Assembly (NCBI GenBank): GCA_009602735.1
Contig: WELA01003159.1
Location: 1 to 55,779, forward strand
Source: Mesotaenium endlicherianum
Taxonomy: Eukaryota
Length of the DNA stretch: 55,779 bases
Reading direction: 5' to 3'
Below, piece after piece: positions 24,501 through 46,700 of this stretch (position 1 is the stretch's first letter; each line of letters starts with the position of its first letter). Under the pieces are notes generated by a model. That model worked only from the letters and a program-made list of their open reading frames with translations. It did no database searches and had not been told where the DNA came from. The position numbers and the translations under genes were made by a program.

Positions 24501-26143
24501 TCTCACACTTACACGCGCGCACATGCACGTATGTGGAATGTGCGTGGCTCGTGCAGATCGGTAGACATGATGCATGAACAAAATTGGGGGCAAAAGGAAC
24601 GCCCCTTCCCCTTGCTCCCCCTCCCTGTCCCCCCCCNNNNNNNNNNNNNNNNNNNNNNNNNNNNNNNNNNNNNNNNNNNNNNNNNNNNNNNNNNNNNNNN
24701 NNNNNNNNNNNNNNNNNNNNNNNNNNNNNNNNNNNNNNNNNNNNNNNNNNNNNNNNNNNNNNNNNNNNNNNNNNNNNNNNNNNNNNNNNNNNNNNNNNNN
24801 NNNNNNNNNNNNNNNNNNNNNNNNNNNNNNNNNNNNNNNNNNNNNNNNNNNNNNNNNNNNNNNNNNNNNNNNNNNNNNNNNNNNNNNNNNNNNNNNNNNN
24901 NNNNNNNNNNNNNNNNNNNNNNNNNNNNNNNNNNNNNNNNNNNNNNNNNNNNNNNNNNNNNNNNNNNNNNNNNNNNNNNNNNNNNNNNNNNNNNNNNNNN
25001 NNNNNNNNNNNNNNNNNNNNNNNNNNNNNNNNNNNNNNNNNNNNNNNNNNNNNNNNNNNNNNNNNNNNNNNNNNNNNNNNNNNNNNNNNNNNNNNNNCCC
25101 TTCTTTTCTTCCCTCCTCCCCGCCCTCTCTCTTACTCACACCACAGCTGGGACAATGAAGAGAATCCAACCCACAACGGAGGAAGGGCTAACAGCAGGGC
25201 ATAGCTGCAACAGGCGTCCTGTTACCTTGAAGACGCCCTCCTTGCTCCTGTAGCCGATGCTGCGAGCGGTGTAGAACGCTTGCCCCAAGAAGAACAGAGT
25301 CCTGGCAGCCCCATAGGCCGCATGGGCCGCCCCACGGGGGCTGCCGAGAGCGGTCCTGGCCTCCTGGCTTGCGAACGCTTTCATAATCTCTGCTGGTGAC
25401 TGTGGCAGAGATGGCACCACCCAGGGAGCGGCTGGGGGGATGCCAAGTGTCGAGCTGAGAGTGGCTCTCCCGCTGGCTCCAGGCTCTTGACCGACACCTG
25501 TGACCCCATATAGGGAGCCAGCTGCTGGCCTGCAGACACGTGGCACACAGACATCTCATTAATCCTCACATACACCTTCAGCAGCAGTGCTGCTTAATTA
25601 TGCTGTGTGTACCTTCTCACAGCTTCGTGATCATACTAAAGAATCCACACTTAACTTCACTCTAGTATGATTAGTCAGGTGCAAGTTGCGATCATATAGA
25701 GCAGGAGAATAATCTCACCCGTCCTTGCTTGCTACAGAAATGACACGAGCTTCATCGGGCTGTCCATGGCTGCTAGCAGCGGAGCCATCTGCATTAGCCG
25801 CTGCAGAAGATGTGCTTGCAGTCCATCTGGCACTGAGAACTCTCCCCTTGACTGGAGACAAGTGTGCTCGGTCAGGGCCAGCAGGAAAATATCTCCCCCA
25901 GAACTCAGAGGAGAAGTTCTTGAGCTTTGAAAGGGTAACTCCCGGTGAAGCTTTTCCCGACTTTGAGAAACTCCGACCCGCTGCTCGCGAGATACTTGAT
26001 CGCATTCTCAAACTAGAGTTCTGAAACGGTACAGATGCACGCTGGTCAGGAAGTCTCGCCAGAGGAGCAGCCGTACGCGAGCATGCTCGCGTACAACAAC
26101 TGGATAGAACAAGGCAAGAGGGACTGAGCAGAATCGTCGCCAT
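18581..26143 (-). CDS. Class I SAM-dependent methyltransferase (UbiE/Methyltransf_11-like), about 576 aa, 11 exons, probably plastid-targeted
   Basis: Exons 26143-25719, 25529-25226, 24332-24092, 23178-23105, 22493-22407, 21854-21705, 21259-21202, 20210-20110, 19978-19862, 19450-19298, 18601-18581; GT-AG, phases consistent, 1731 nt in total. Motifs YPDYYLQNFHFQDGWLS, LLELACGTG, VDLSPFYL, YLFHELP, RVLRPGG, HEPYY. Ser/Arg-rich N-terminus. Confidence 0.85.
23439..23530. repeat. CA/CG-rich compound microsatellite in a methyltransferase intron
   Basis: Read directly; similar tracts at about 19185-19262 and 20480-20570. Confidence 0.85.
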
Positions 26144-26745
26144 AGCACTGACTGACTCACATATCAAGTGCAATACTTAGAAGAGACCCTCTCAACACAA
26201 AGCGGCCAAGGTCACACAAGGAAATGATGAAAGCACAATTGACGTACTTGGAAGTACCGGACCTGATCAGTTGTTAAAAGCGATCAAGCCCGGTCGCAAA
26301 AAGCATACCAGTAACTTCAGGACTTCGTTGTCTTGGAGGACTTCTTGATACCACCAGACAAAGACAGGAGAAGCTTAAAAATCACCGAAGAGCGTCAAGA
26401 GAGCCAGAAGTGGCTAGAAGACCCTATATAGAGCGACGTGGTTGCTGGAGTACAACTGAGGTTAATGCATTTTAGATTCCCGAGTTCGCCCAGCTTGCCC
26501 AGTCTGCAGAGTTTCTTTCAAATCTGCATCTGCAGTGACGACGGTCTGGTCATTTTACGGTGTTGCTTCTCTCGTGCAGAAATGCACCGTAACGTCGACA
26601 TGGCATTCCCGGAAAGGAGTCCAGCTGAGTCCAGCTGGATCTTAAGGACGTTATGGGCCTGTGCGCTTTAAAGTACGCTCGATTGTCGATCGCTCATCCT
26701 CGAGGAGGTCTCGACTCTCCAGCATACGTGCACTCTCGAAGCACT

Positions 26746-26787
26746 TACTGCCTGCTACTGCCTGCTACCGCCTGCTGCCGCCTGCTA
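26746..26787. repeat. 10-bp tandem repeat (TACTGCCTGC-like) x4
   Basis: tactgcctgc tactgcctgc taccgcctgc tgccgcctgc ta. Confidence 0.85.
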
Positions 26788-26839
26788 TGCTGGCCTGCTC
26801 GTCGATGGTCAAACCTAGGCCTTAAGAGGGATGTAAATT

Positions 26840-29800
26840 AGCCATTACACTTAATTGTCTTTACATGGAAGTTCGCAAAGTTAGAAGCCCAATAAATGTC
26901 GTCCGGCGGAAACGCTACATGCGACTCGATAGACAAGTTCGTCAGATCTCTACCTCATTCTACATACAACAAGTAAGAGTTGGTGCTTTAGCTCAATATT
27001 TGTGCAAGTTGAATACTGAAGATCATTCGCTACTAGCTAGTCCTTTTCCATGCTTCTCAGAAATGGTGCACATAAAAAATTTGCTATGAATATGCAAGCA
27101 TGGATGAAATCTTGGAGAACTTGAAAAGCAAGTATTATCAGATAGAAACCAATTTGCTATTTCTTTCTCAAAATCAGGCCATTCCATAGTGGTCGCAACG
27201 AGGTTGATAATATTGAATGACATATGAAATGTACGGCTTGCACCAACAAATAGGTCAATCAATTTCATGCATCGACTGTCATTTATTAAGGCTTTACTGC
27301 TTCTATGTGAATGATTAAAGGTATTCATCAGATTTCCAAGCTAGTTCGATAATTTGTGGAGATTTCATCTTGCTCAATAGCAGCATCAAATGGTGAGCTA
27401 GTCCTATACCCTTACCAATAGCCCAATTTAATGCTCGATCTTGTCGCTTAGCTAATGCTCAACACCTCCTAACGATTTGATGTGGATTAGGTCTTTGACG
27501 TTACGCAATATCCTCAATAATCACTTTTGGATATTGTGGCACGTTTGCAAAAGGTCCAGCATGACCATTTGTTGCTTTTTTTGATTGATATAGCTTGTTT
27601 GCAAGGCCAAGCTCCTACATTTATAGCCATACCTTGTGCTAGGCAACGCTTGAAAGAGCATGTTTTCTTGGGAAAAACTTGCCTTCACTTTGACGAAACC
27701 TTTGCAAACTGAACACCCTGAGTTTGTTGATGTTACGAAATGATTCACATTGACCGACACGAAAAGAATGGTGTAGATATTATGTCAATTTGGGTGGATA
27801 TGAAAAATGATTTTTTTGGAATTTTCATCTTGTAGTCTCACATGGAATTCGTATCTTATTGTTTTTTGGATGTGACATTTGACATTTGGTCAGCTAAATA
27901 AACTTACATCCACATATTTTCATAATTCGCGAAAAAAAGCCCAAACGTGTTGACGATACTTCTGTTTCCTCAAAGTTGTGGACAGATTCTGGCAACTCTT
28001 ATTGTATGTTTGCAAGAAGTCAACCTCGTTTGCTGATGGTTCATGCGACGAGTAAGGACCCACTTTATATTTGAATTTTACGTGTAAAAAGTTTGAACGG
28101 TTGGTATTTTAATCATTTAATAAAGTCAAATAGAGCGGATTTGATATGTTGAATGGGCTTTGGAAAATTCCATACCTTGGAGATTTTGGGCTTTTCTACA
28201 TCCTACACCAAACTCATGATTTACGACTCAAGTATCCTTTGAAACGTACAAAGGCAATGGCAAGAAATACGTGACAAAGGAAACACAAATGATTTGCTTA
28301 CGAAATCAAAAAATTGTTTAGAATCAAGGCTTGGCTATTAACTCAATTCATTGGTCCATTGTTGCAAATGCGTGAAGTCATTGCAAATTGGGTCGTGCAT
28401 ATTTCTTTAGCGACGATTTTTTACATCTGCAAACTTACAATCGATTAACCATCTACACGTGGCATTATGTGGACCAATGGGAGCCACCGCAAAAGTAATC
28501 ATTGACCAAATCATACTATTGATTATTTTTTGACGTTTGACCTTATTTTCATAATTGGCAGCCTAATTTTGATTTAAGTCATTTGGCGCTCGTATGCTAA
28601 TTATATAAGATCCATAGTGATTTTTGTTTACCTCGCAGCTTTGACAAGCAGTAACACGTTTTACCTTTTGACTTAATGGTACTAGTTCACATACTTTTCT
28701 GAAAATTTACGAGGGTGCACTTTCTCGCACATTTTTCAAGCATTTACCCGTGCTTGCGTCGGATTTCGAATTTGTGTTAGGTTGCTCGTGCTTGCGTGAG
28801 ATTCCCAATTTGTGGGTCGCATGAGTGGATGTGTTTCAGGGTGTGGTTTCATCTTTGATCCCCTTACAACCAAACAAGTAGTTTAGGAAGGTGTAAGTAT
28901 ACCTCAAATCATCTAGCCCCGCGCACTAGACTCCTAAATTTCTATTCCTCCACAAAGAACTTTGAGAAGCGAAATGACTCTTCATAAGCATACTCTTGAT
29001 TGCACATGCACCTCAAGGTCCTCCTCAAAAATTCCCGTCGATTGCTTGCTTATTCTCGTATATGATGTTATCTAGTTCATGCCTAACTTGGTTGCCTCGC
29101 TTCCCTACACAAGACACTTCTGAAGGGTCCCCAATCTCCCCTCACCATGTTTCAGTATTTTAATTGAGTGATTGAATTTCTTTGGTAGGAAACAAGAAAT
29201 GTCCACCTTTAAGTTAGTTGACTTGGAAATGTGACACAAAAAGCTCAGTTCTTAGTGATTTGGCTCTTAAAAAATGGCCATGCGAAGTGTGCCGGAATTT
29301 TGAAGCAGACCACACTTTAGTTTATGTAGGTCAATGTATGGAGGTGAATGTGAGGGACAGGGTCAAAAAGAATATATATTTGAAAACTATCAAATCTCAA
29401 CTTAAGACTTAAAGAAGAGAGAAAAGGATAGTCTCTAAATTGGGACGGGCATATATGCCCGGGCGCCTCATTTCTATTCTAACAGCAATTTCATCCATCA
29501 CAAGCCAATTTTCTTTACTCTTTTTGTATTCTCTAATTCAGGTGTACGGGTTTACGAACATACTATCTCAATAGATAGTATATATATGTAAAGATACAGA
29601 ATTTTCATGAAAAGATGATAGAAACCTCAAATATACGGAGGCATACCGACGCGGGAGGGCGCCTGAGAGCTCCACTTGAACCAAATTGGCCTAAATGGAC
29701 CAGAATGAAAACTGATGAAAACTGATGGGCGCGCACTCGCCCAAACTTTCACCCAATCACACCGGAGCTACTTGGAACCGCGTCAGCTTGTGCCAGCACA

Positions 29801-30330
29801 TTCACCTGCATTCACCTGCATTCACCAGCTATTCGGGGCTTGTCAGAGATCCTCGTCACTCCATGTCACTCCCCGTCACGGCATACTTCGAAGATTCAAG
29901 AGAAGCAGCGAGGCTGACCGAGCTGACCAGAGTCGTACCAAGATACACCGAGACCCCGCTTTCTGCACCACTGTTTCGCAGGTTTTTGCTTAGCACGCCA
30001 TATACTTCACCAGGCCTGACCGCCAGGATTTAGAGAGACCATTTGAAAGAATTTTTACATCTTTGTATCGTAAAGTAATAATGCACCAATGTTGCGACTC
30101 AATAAAATTTGGTGATATGTGCGCTTGTAGGAGATACGTGAATTGGGAGCTTAGAGTATCGGTAATCATTTATCCAGAAAAACCATCTGTATAGAAGTTT
30201 TCTATTAACCAGTTCTAGGAAATCTGGAAGTTTGAGGAACATCCGCACCCTATGATTGAGGGGGCTTTTTCTGTCGGCAAAATTTCGATTCTAAAACATC
30301 CTGAACATCCAAAAATAACGTAGAATTTAT
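26840..30330. other. AT-rich intergenic island, possibly a decayed transposon; unclassified
   Basis: Visibly more AT-rich than its flanks, with only short broken ORFs and no recognisable domain or terminal repeat. Confidence 0.35.
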
Positions 30331-30896
30331 CTCGATTCCTGGGGCCTGCACGCTGAATTAGCCCGGCTTATTAGCCTCTAGTCTGCTCTAGTCCAAGTTC
30401 TGCCAGCCGCCTGCCGACAGCGCATCCTGTAGATTCGTGATTGCCAAGTGTCCCTTCCATTGACGAACATAATGTAGCTGAGCCAAGCAGAGCACAGGAA
30501 GCAGAGAAGCTCGCAGTGAGAAGAGTGACAAGCACGTTGCCTCGTGCGCACAAATGGCACCAGCAGCATCTCCTTAAGCTGCATTTGGCCTACAATTGCT
30601 CCTCAGTATCAGAATCGGAGGTACGAGCAACCGGACGCATGCGAGGAAGTCTTCCTCTGATAGGAGAAGCCACATTCGAGCCACAGTGTATATACCTCCA
30701 CTGCTTGCTGGTTTAGCGAAGTCGGGAAGCTTTCTTAACTCTGGAACGCGTTGGTCTTGAAACCTCTTAAGCAGGCGATGGAGGCCACAGCTAATCCTAG
30801 GGAATAATTCAGAAACTAAAACATATGTACTTCGCATTAATTGCAAATTGACTTAAAGCTTAAAGCTCAACTCATTTTCCAAGGGAGTTCCGAACT

Positions 30897-31205
30897 ATGA
30901 CGACTGCTGCATGCCTTTCTTCTTCTCAATGCATTGGCCAACTCAACCTGCTGCTAGCGTCCGAACCAAGCACATCCAGCTTGAGAAAATGGGGACGCAG
31001 TGCTCAGAGGCAGCTAAAACTTGGCCGCAGCCTTTCGAGAGTAGCATCGCCCAGAACTTCATTTAAAGATGCGTTTTCTTCCGTTTCGGACCCGAGCACG
31101 GTAGGCCTCGTAGTTCCTAAGAAGACGAGGACACAATGGAGGACGCAGGAGCTCAACCTGCAGCAGCACGCTGTAACACCTTCCTTCAGAACAACGCACT
31201 CAAAG
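30897..31205 (+). CDS. Candidate first coding exon of the Ca2+-ATPase, transit-peptide-like
   Basis: ATG-initiated, Ser/Thr/Arg-rich, nearly acid-free first 60 aa. Ends AAG|GTGATA in phase 0, compatible with the acceptor at 32528/32529. Confidence 0.4.
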
Positions 31206-32528
31206 GTGATAAGCGCCTCCTACACACAAGGAACTTGTATGAGACTTTGTGACTAGAGCAGAATTGCAGGATGGCAATTCTGAGTCATTTGAGCCAGCTG
31301 CGCATGCAGTGAAAAAAATACTAAGAACTTCAAGTGCGAGGCCTTGGGGGAAGGGGTGGGGGGGTACCATTCGAGGATGGTATAAATTCGCCCGAATGTG
31401 AACACAAGGAACTGTTTGAATGCTAGGGCACGTGAGCTCTAACATTTTTGACATCCTATCTCCATAAAGTCGGCAGACATCATCACCATCCTCATGGTAT
31501 AATTGCACGGTGGGATATGGGACAGAGAGCAAGCGCGTGCAGGGCGGGGGAAAACCCTGCAGGCTTTGGGAGCTCGTCAGTCGCGGAAGTTTTGGAACCT
31601 GGCGCGGCCGCAGCGCCTGAGACAGCCCCGCCACCATCCAGGCACGCGGGGCCTGCTGAGGTGAAATTATAGCCTCTGAATGATTTCTGGGAATGTGCGG
31701 TCAGCAATTTTTGTTCTGGATGAACTGCCTGGGACCCACAGACTAGCCGCTTGTTGACTTGCAAGTTGACTTCCATTGACTGGTATTGACTGACATAGAC
31801 TGGCCACATGACCAGCCTTTAACTCGCCATGAGCGAAATCTGCGCGGGTGACTACCTTCGCGTGTGTATACAGCAGGCGAGCATGAGTGCCAGGTGTCGA
31901 CTTCTTGGAGCATGGCTTCGGGAAGGTGCTATACCCTGCTGCCACCTATGCGGCAACATTCTTCTTCTGCCGACTCACTCTCCACATCGCCAGCTGCCAC
32001 ACCTTCCTCACCCCCTCCTCCCTCTCCCCTCCTTTGCACTCTCCCCTCGCCCTCCAACCAAGCAGGGGAGCTGGGGTCCCTCCGCGTAGAAGTCATTCTC
32101 GAGCCCGACCTGCCAAAGAGAACCTGGCTCCTGTGGGGGGCTGCTCCCTCAGGGGCCGCCTTCCCTGTGGATGACACGCTCGCTCAGCGAAGCAGCACCA
32201 CTAGAGTCTCAGCACCCACCTTGCCCCACCCACCTGTCAGAGCCCTTCCCTGCCCTAGAAAGTGCTCCTGCCCGCGGGGCCTTGGCAGCAGCCAGCTGCC
32301 TGGATGAGCATGGTGAGCCTCGGGAGCTTCCAGCGTGACCGCTTTCTGCGCCAACTCGCAAGGCCACAATTGGCGCGATCCCTGCGAGCAGGCAGCGGCA
32401 CGTCCATTCGGGGGATCATGCATCACGTCACCGCCGGCCAGAATGGCCACCCCTCTGCTTCCCGCTCATTCATGTTTGCTTGTATGCATGCCCGTGTGTA
32501 TGTGTGTGTGCGCGCGACTTTCGCTCAG

Positions 32529-42002
<9,474 letters not shown>

Positions 42003-43712
42003 CTGGGGCGGAGTCGAGGGAGGCGTGGAGCACGCTGCTCTTTCTCGCGTCTCAACTTGCGGCTGCAAGATACGTCCACGCGCCATGTGTTCGTGTGCTT
42101 CCATCTACCAATCTTATCGGTCTTGTTGTAGGGCGCCGTGCTGGCTCTCTCATGGGCCTGCAGGGCCACGCGCTCGCTAGCTGCTGCCTGCAGACAGGTG
42201 TGCTCGCAAGACGTATATATACATAGACATACGCCAGCTTTTACTAAGTACACAGGAGCCTCGTGCTGGTAACAGGCCACTAGCTGGCCCCCGAGCTTTT
42301 TGCTATCGCTGTAGGACTGTGGAGGGCCATTTGATTAGGCGTTAGGGCTCACATCTATTTCGCTGCTGGCGTGGTTTACCGGATTGTGTGGGCTTTCTGG
42401 CCTGCTATACTTATTATACTACCCTCAAATATAGGCAGAAGTGCAAAACCAGAGCATACATTCGGCAGAGGCAATATCGATAAGCTAGCCACGATCCCAG
42501 CAGGATGTGGATTTAATCTTTGATGATTTTCTCCGGCCACAGAATGGTATATTTTCAACTCCATGCATGCGTGCAAGTAAACTCTCTTTTGGTTAAATAT
42601 GGTTGATACTCGAGGTGAGCTGCACATAAGGGTGGCTCCCCAGAGATTAGTTTACCATCACGACGAACAGTACTGCTTTGTCAGAAGGGGTCGAAAGAGA
42701 AGTTCGGAGGTTTAAGCCTAAAGTTTGCAGTATATGGGTCTTATGTAATCGCTAATTTTTTGGATGTACAAAACTACAGGTGAGACGTGGAAAACTAATT
42801 CACACAAAATCTGACTTGACAAGCCCTTTCATCCTGATGCAACTAAATTCCTTAAGAACCAACTGCAATAGACAACTAAATATTACTCCACAAAAAACTT
42901 GGTGTGGGACCTGTTCGTTGCCCTTTGCCTATTTAGTTTCTTCCCAAAAATACCAAAACACAAAGACTCAAATTATTGCTCACAACCATACCGCTTCAAA
43001 CCCCTTAATACCTCATATTTTTTCGAGAAGGCATCGTAGGGGACATATTTTCGCTAGGACCAGCGATAACTCCTCCATTGAGACTATATGCAGCCCTCAT
43101 GCATTCAATTTGTTGAGAATCTTACCAACTCATTCTCACCTCAAGCTCCTGCCTCTACCTCCGGGCTTCTATATCATTTATTGCTGCCCTAGAGACGACA
43201 TCAGCAATTTAGAGATTGCAAGTCTGGGAATAACTCCAAAAGAGTTTCATCACATATTGAGGACCACAGTTCACAATGACAAGCTGCAGTTAGAAGTGCT
43301 TCAAAAAGCAGTGCACGACATAAAATGGATAAACTTTCTTAGTTTCATTCTTAGTTTCATCGACTGCCGATATAATCAGGTATGTCGAATGAATATGTAC
43401 AAACCCTAGCAAATATGAAGGGCTTAAGCTACAGTATACAAGTACACTAGAGTAGTAAATATATTAACACAAGGCACCAAACTGCAGAACACCACGCACT
43501 TGCAGAGAACCTTATTTTGCAACTATCATAATATGTAACAATACTTGTGCCAACAAGGCAATCCTCCCTCTCTCTCCTGGTGACAAAAAGCAACAGGGAG
43601 CCCCTTGGGATTATTATCTGGGTCAATAAAGAGCCGCCATGTAGCGGCTCTCTTGTAGCCTGCCATTTGCAGCGCCCCACACGCCCAAACATCACGACAG
43701 CTTCCATCCTGT

Positions 43713-46700
43713 TCAGAAAGGCGGAGCGTCTGAGCGCTTCACGTTGCCTCCACATGCCTTGCACTGCGCACACACATCACAGCCATAAAGACGCACGTGA
43801 GCACAGATACTATCCCCTCCCCCTTCTGGTGATAGCACACTCAGTTCCTTGGTCCATGCGCGGTTGTCGGCCCGACGAGATCTATGCAAATACGTCTCAA
43901 TAGCAGCCCAAGTAAGTAAGCCCGGAAGCCCACAGGATGCAATCAGAGCACCACGCTCTTTGTGTCAAAAAAAAGAAGAACTACGCCACTACTGAAGGCT
44001 CCGACGGCGATACAACACTGGCCCGCTTACTAACGAACTCCTGGTGGCAGTTTTAGAAATGTGAGCAAACTTGACCCACGACACGAAACGCTTCTGACTC
44101 TGTAGTAGAAGGGGTACATCATCACCTCTCAGAGGCAGACATTCACTGCCACAAACGCCACACAGGCACCCCCAAGTCCCACATAGGGCAGGCGCAAATC
44201 ACATCGGGCATACACATACACAAATACACGCAGCATCTCGCACTGACGAGACGAGACAGCCCACCTTCTTATTGCGCTTCCCGAAGCACGCGGGGCAGGG
44301 GTCCCGGTGGTGCAGCTTGCCCTCCCAGGCGATCTCGCCCCGCCCCTCGCAGAGGTCGCACACGTGCTCTCCGTGGCCGTTGCACATGTGACAGGTTTCC
44401 TGCACCACAGAGCAAAGTGCGTGCACTATTACCAGGTCAGGCGCCGCCACATGCCCAAAGTCCAGGGCACTCGGCGGTACCCTCAAAAGCCAGCCCAAAT
44501 CCAGACGCAGCTCTGGAGCAGACTTTGCCCAGCTGCTACTACTCCCCCCAGATCCCGCGAGCAGGAGGTCCACGTCAGCGCGCCTGGGGGACAGGCGAAC
44601 AGCGCGACACGTTGCCCCGGCTTCGCTCTATGGCAGATCGTATGATCGCAGCCGTACAGAGACTTCACTGCAGATTCTCGGCTCAACGAGGCTCATGCTG
44701 CACAAAGAAGCGGAGGAGGAAGTGGACTTCGACGAGGGCGAGAAGAGCCGGGAGAGGGGGGTGGCCGTGCTGACAGGCACAGTGCGACAGCCCAGATGGG
44801 CGGGGAAGTCAGGGTGGTCAAACTGTTCGTACCTCACATTCGGTTGCCAGTTGCGCCCTGACAGCTGTCACGAGGCCGGCGACTGCCACCGCTGCAGCCA
44901 CGCCCCACCCTGCAGGACCTGCGTTTGCATCGCGGAAGGAACCCCCCACAAGCACGGAGTGCGAGGACAACCTCACATGTCAGTCATGATATGTGGCATT
45001 TGACCCCTGATACCAGATCAGACACACTCATACGTCGAAACCAGCTCGCAGATGCGAGCACACTCAAGGGCCCTGTTCAGAACCAAGCCCTCACAGCACA
45101 CAGCCCCCGTCCCTTCGCAGCGCTCTTCCACCTACCCTGGCCCTCTCTACCCCACAGTATGTATTCTATCTCCATCTTTTGCTAAGAAGCTCCGCAAGGA
45201 ATGAGTCAACGTGGGGTTGGTATACAGCATCATGTCTGCAACAGGGACGCACCTCCGTTTCTCAAGGGATACCTATTTGGTTGTTGCACTTCTTTGATAC
45301 AGGGAGGAAGCAAGTAAAGCGTGCCGCAGGTGGGGACTGCATGTCATGTGATTGGGGCAGCCAGTCTAAATACACACGCCTAAAACGGCCTCATGACCCA
45401 GTGCCACCACCTCAGTGCATTTGACCAAGCAGAGTAATTTCCCATGCATACCACACACAGACTGAATTGTTCTTTAACAAGCACCTGCCAGATGCGCACA
45501 TGCACTCCGAAAGGCTCAAGCATGAAGTGAGAGAGAGAGGACGCATGGCATTTCAAAGTAGGAGTAGGATGTGCGAGCAAGCGCACACGCGCCACGTACT
45601 GCGGAGTAGCGACACGCGGACCCCGGGCTGGGAGAGCAGGCCAACTGTCGACCTCACTACGTTCCGCCCCGTGGCGGCCAGCACCTGCGGGAAGTAGGAC
45701 ACGCGGAAGCGCAGGAGCGCGAGACACAGCAGGCCCCTGCAGGACCAACCCACAGGGCCCGGCATACGAGGAACCCAAACGGCGCAAGGGCGACCAGAAC
45801 AGCATTCAGTAACAGGGGGCTGGCCAGCTCGCTTGAACAAGAGCAAGCATGAGATGTGTGGTAGTCGAAGACCCAAAATTTGACCTGAAGTCGAGAGGGC
45901 CCAAACTTCAAAGAAGGTCAAGATGCTGACTGTCATCTAGAAGCGGAAGCACACCACTGAGTCGGCTGAACGTCAACTATGACTCTCCCAGTCAGCTAGT
46001 CAGCTAATTCATACATGCAGACAGATAGCATGCAACTTGGCCCGAATCGCAGACTCGACTTTCCTGCAGCCCACAACTTGGCATGTACAGAACCTGCCTG
46101 CGCTGATCCACAAACATGGATGTTCCCCTCAGAATGAAATCCTCCCGGCACTGATCTGAAGTACCACACAACAACTTGCAGCAGAGCTGACTGGATGCTA
46201 TAAGAGAGGGTGTCCTCAATCATACCCCAAAAATAGCCACGTGTCTCCTCCCCCCNNNNNNNNNNNNNNNNNNNNNNNNNNNNNNNNNNNNNNNNNNNNN
46301 NNNNNNNNNNNNNNNNNNNNNNNNNNNNNNNNNNNNNNNNNNNNNNNNNNNNNNNNNNNNNNNNNNNNNNNNNNNNNNNNNNNNNNNNNNNNNNNNNNNN
46401 NNNNNNNNNNNNNNNNNNNNNNNNNNNNNNNNNNNNNNNNNNNNNNNNNNNNNNNNNNNNNNNNNNNNNNNNNNNNNNNNNNNNNNNNNNNNNNNNNNNN
46501 NNNNNNNNNNNNNNNNNNNNNNNNNNNNNNNNNNNNNNNNNNNNNNNNNNNNNNNNNNNNNNNNNNNNNNNNNNNNNNNNNNNNNNNNNNNNNNNNNNNN
46601 NNNNNNNNNNNNNNNNNNNNNNNNNNNNNNNNNNNNNNNNNNNNNNNNNNNNNNNNNNNNNNNNNNNNNNNNNNNNNNNNNNNNNNNNNNNNNNNNNNNN

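Noticed and set aside
27240..27275. Minus-strand MKLIDLFVGA, resembling C5 DNA methyltransferase motif I
   Set aside because: The FxGxG motif is incomplete and no correctly placed catalytic PC or ENV motifs follow.
44481..44583. Possible extra exon (RADVDLLLAG...) of the zinc-finger gene
   Set aside because: It needs a phase-2 upstream donor, but the upstream exon ends in phase 0 and joins 44399 directly.
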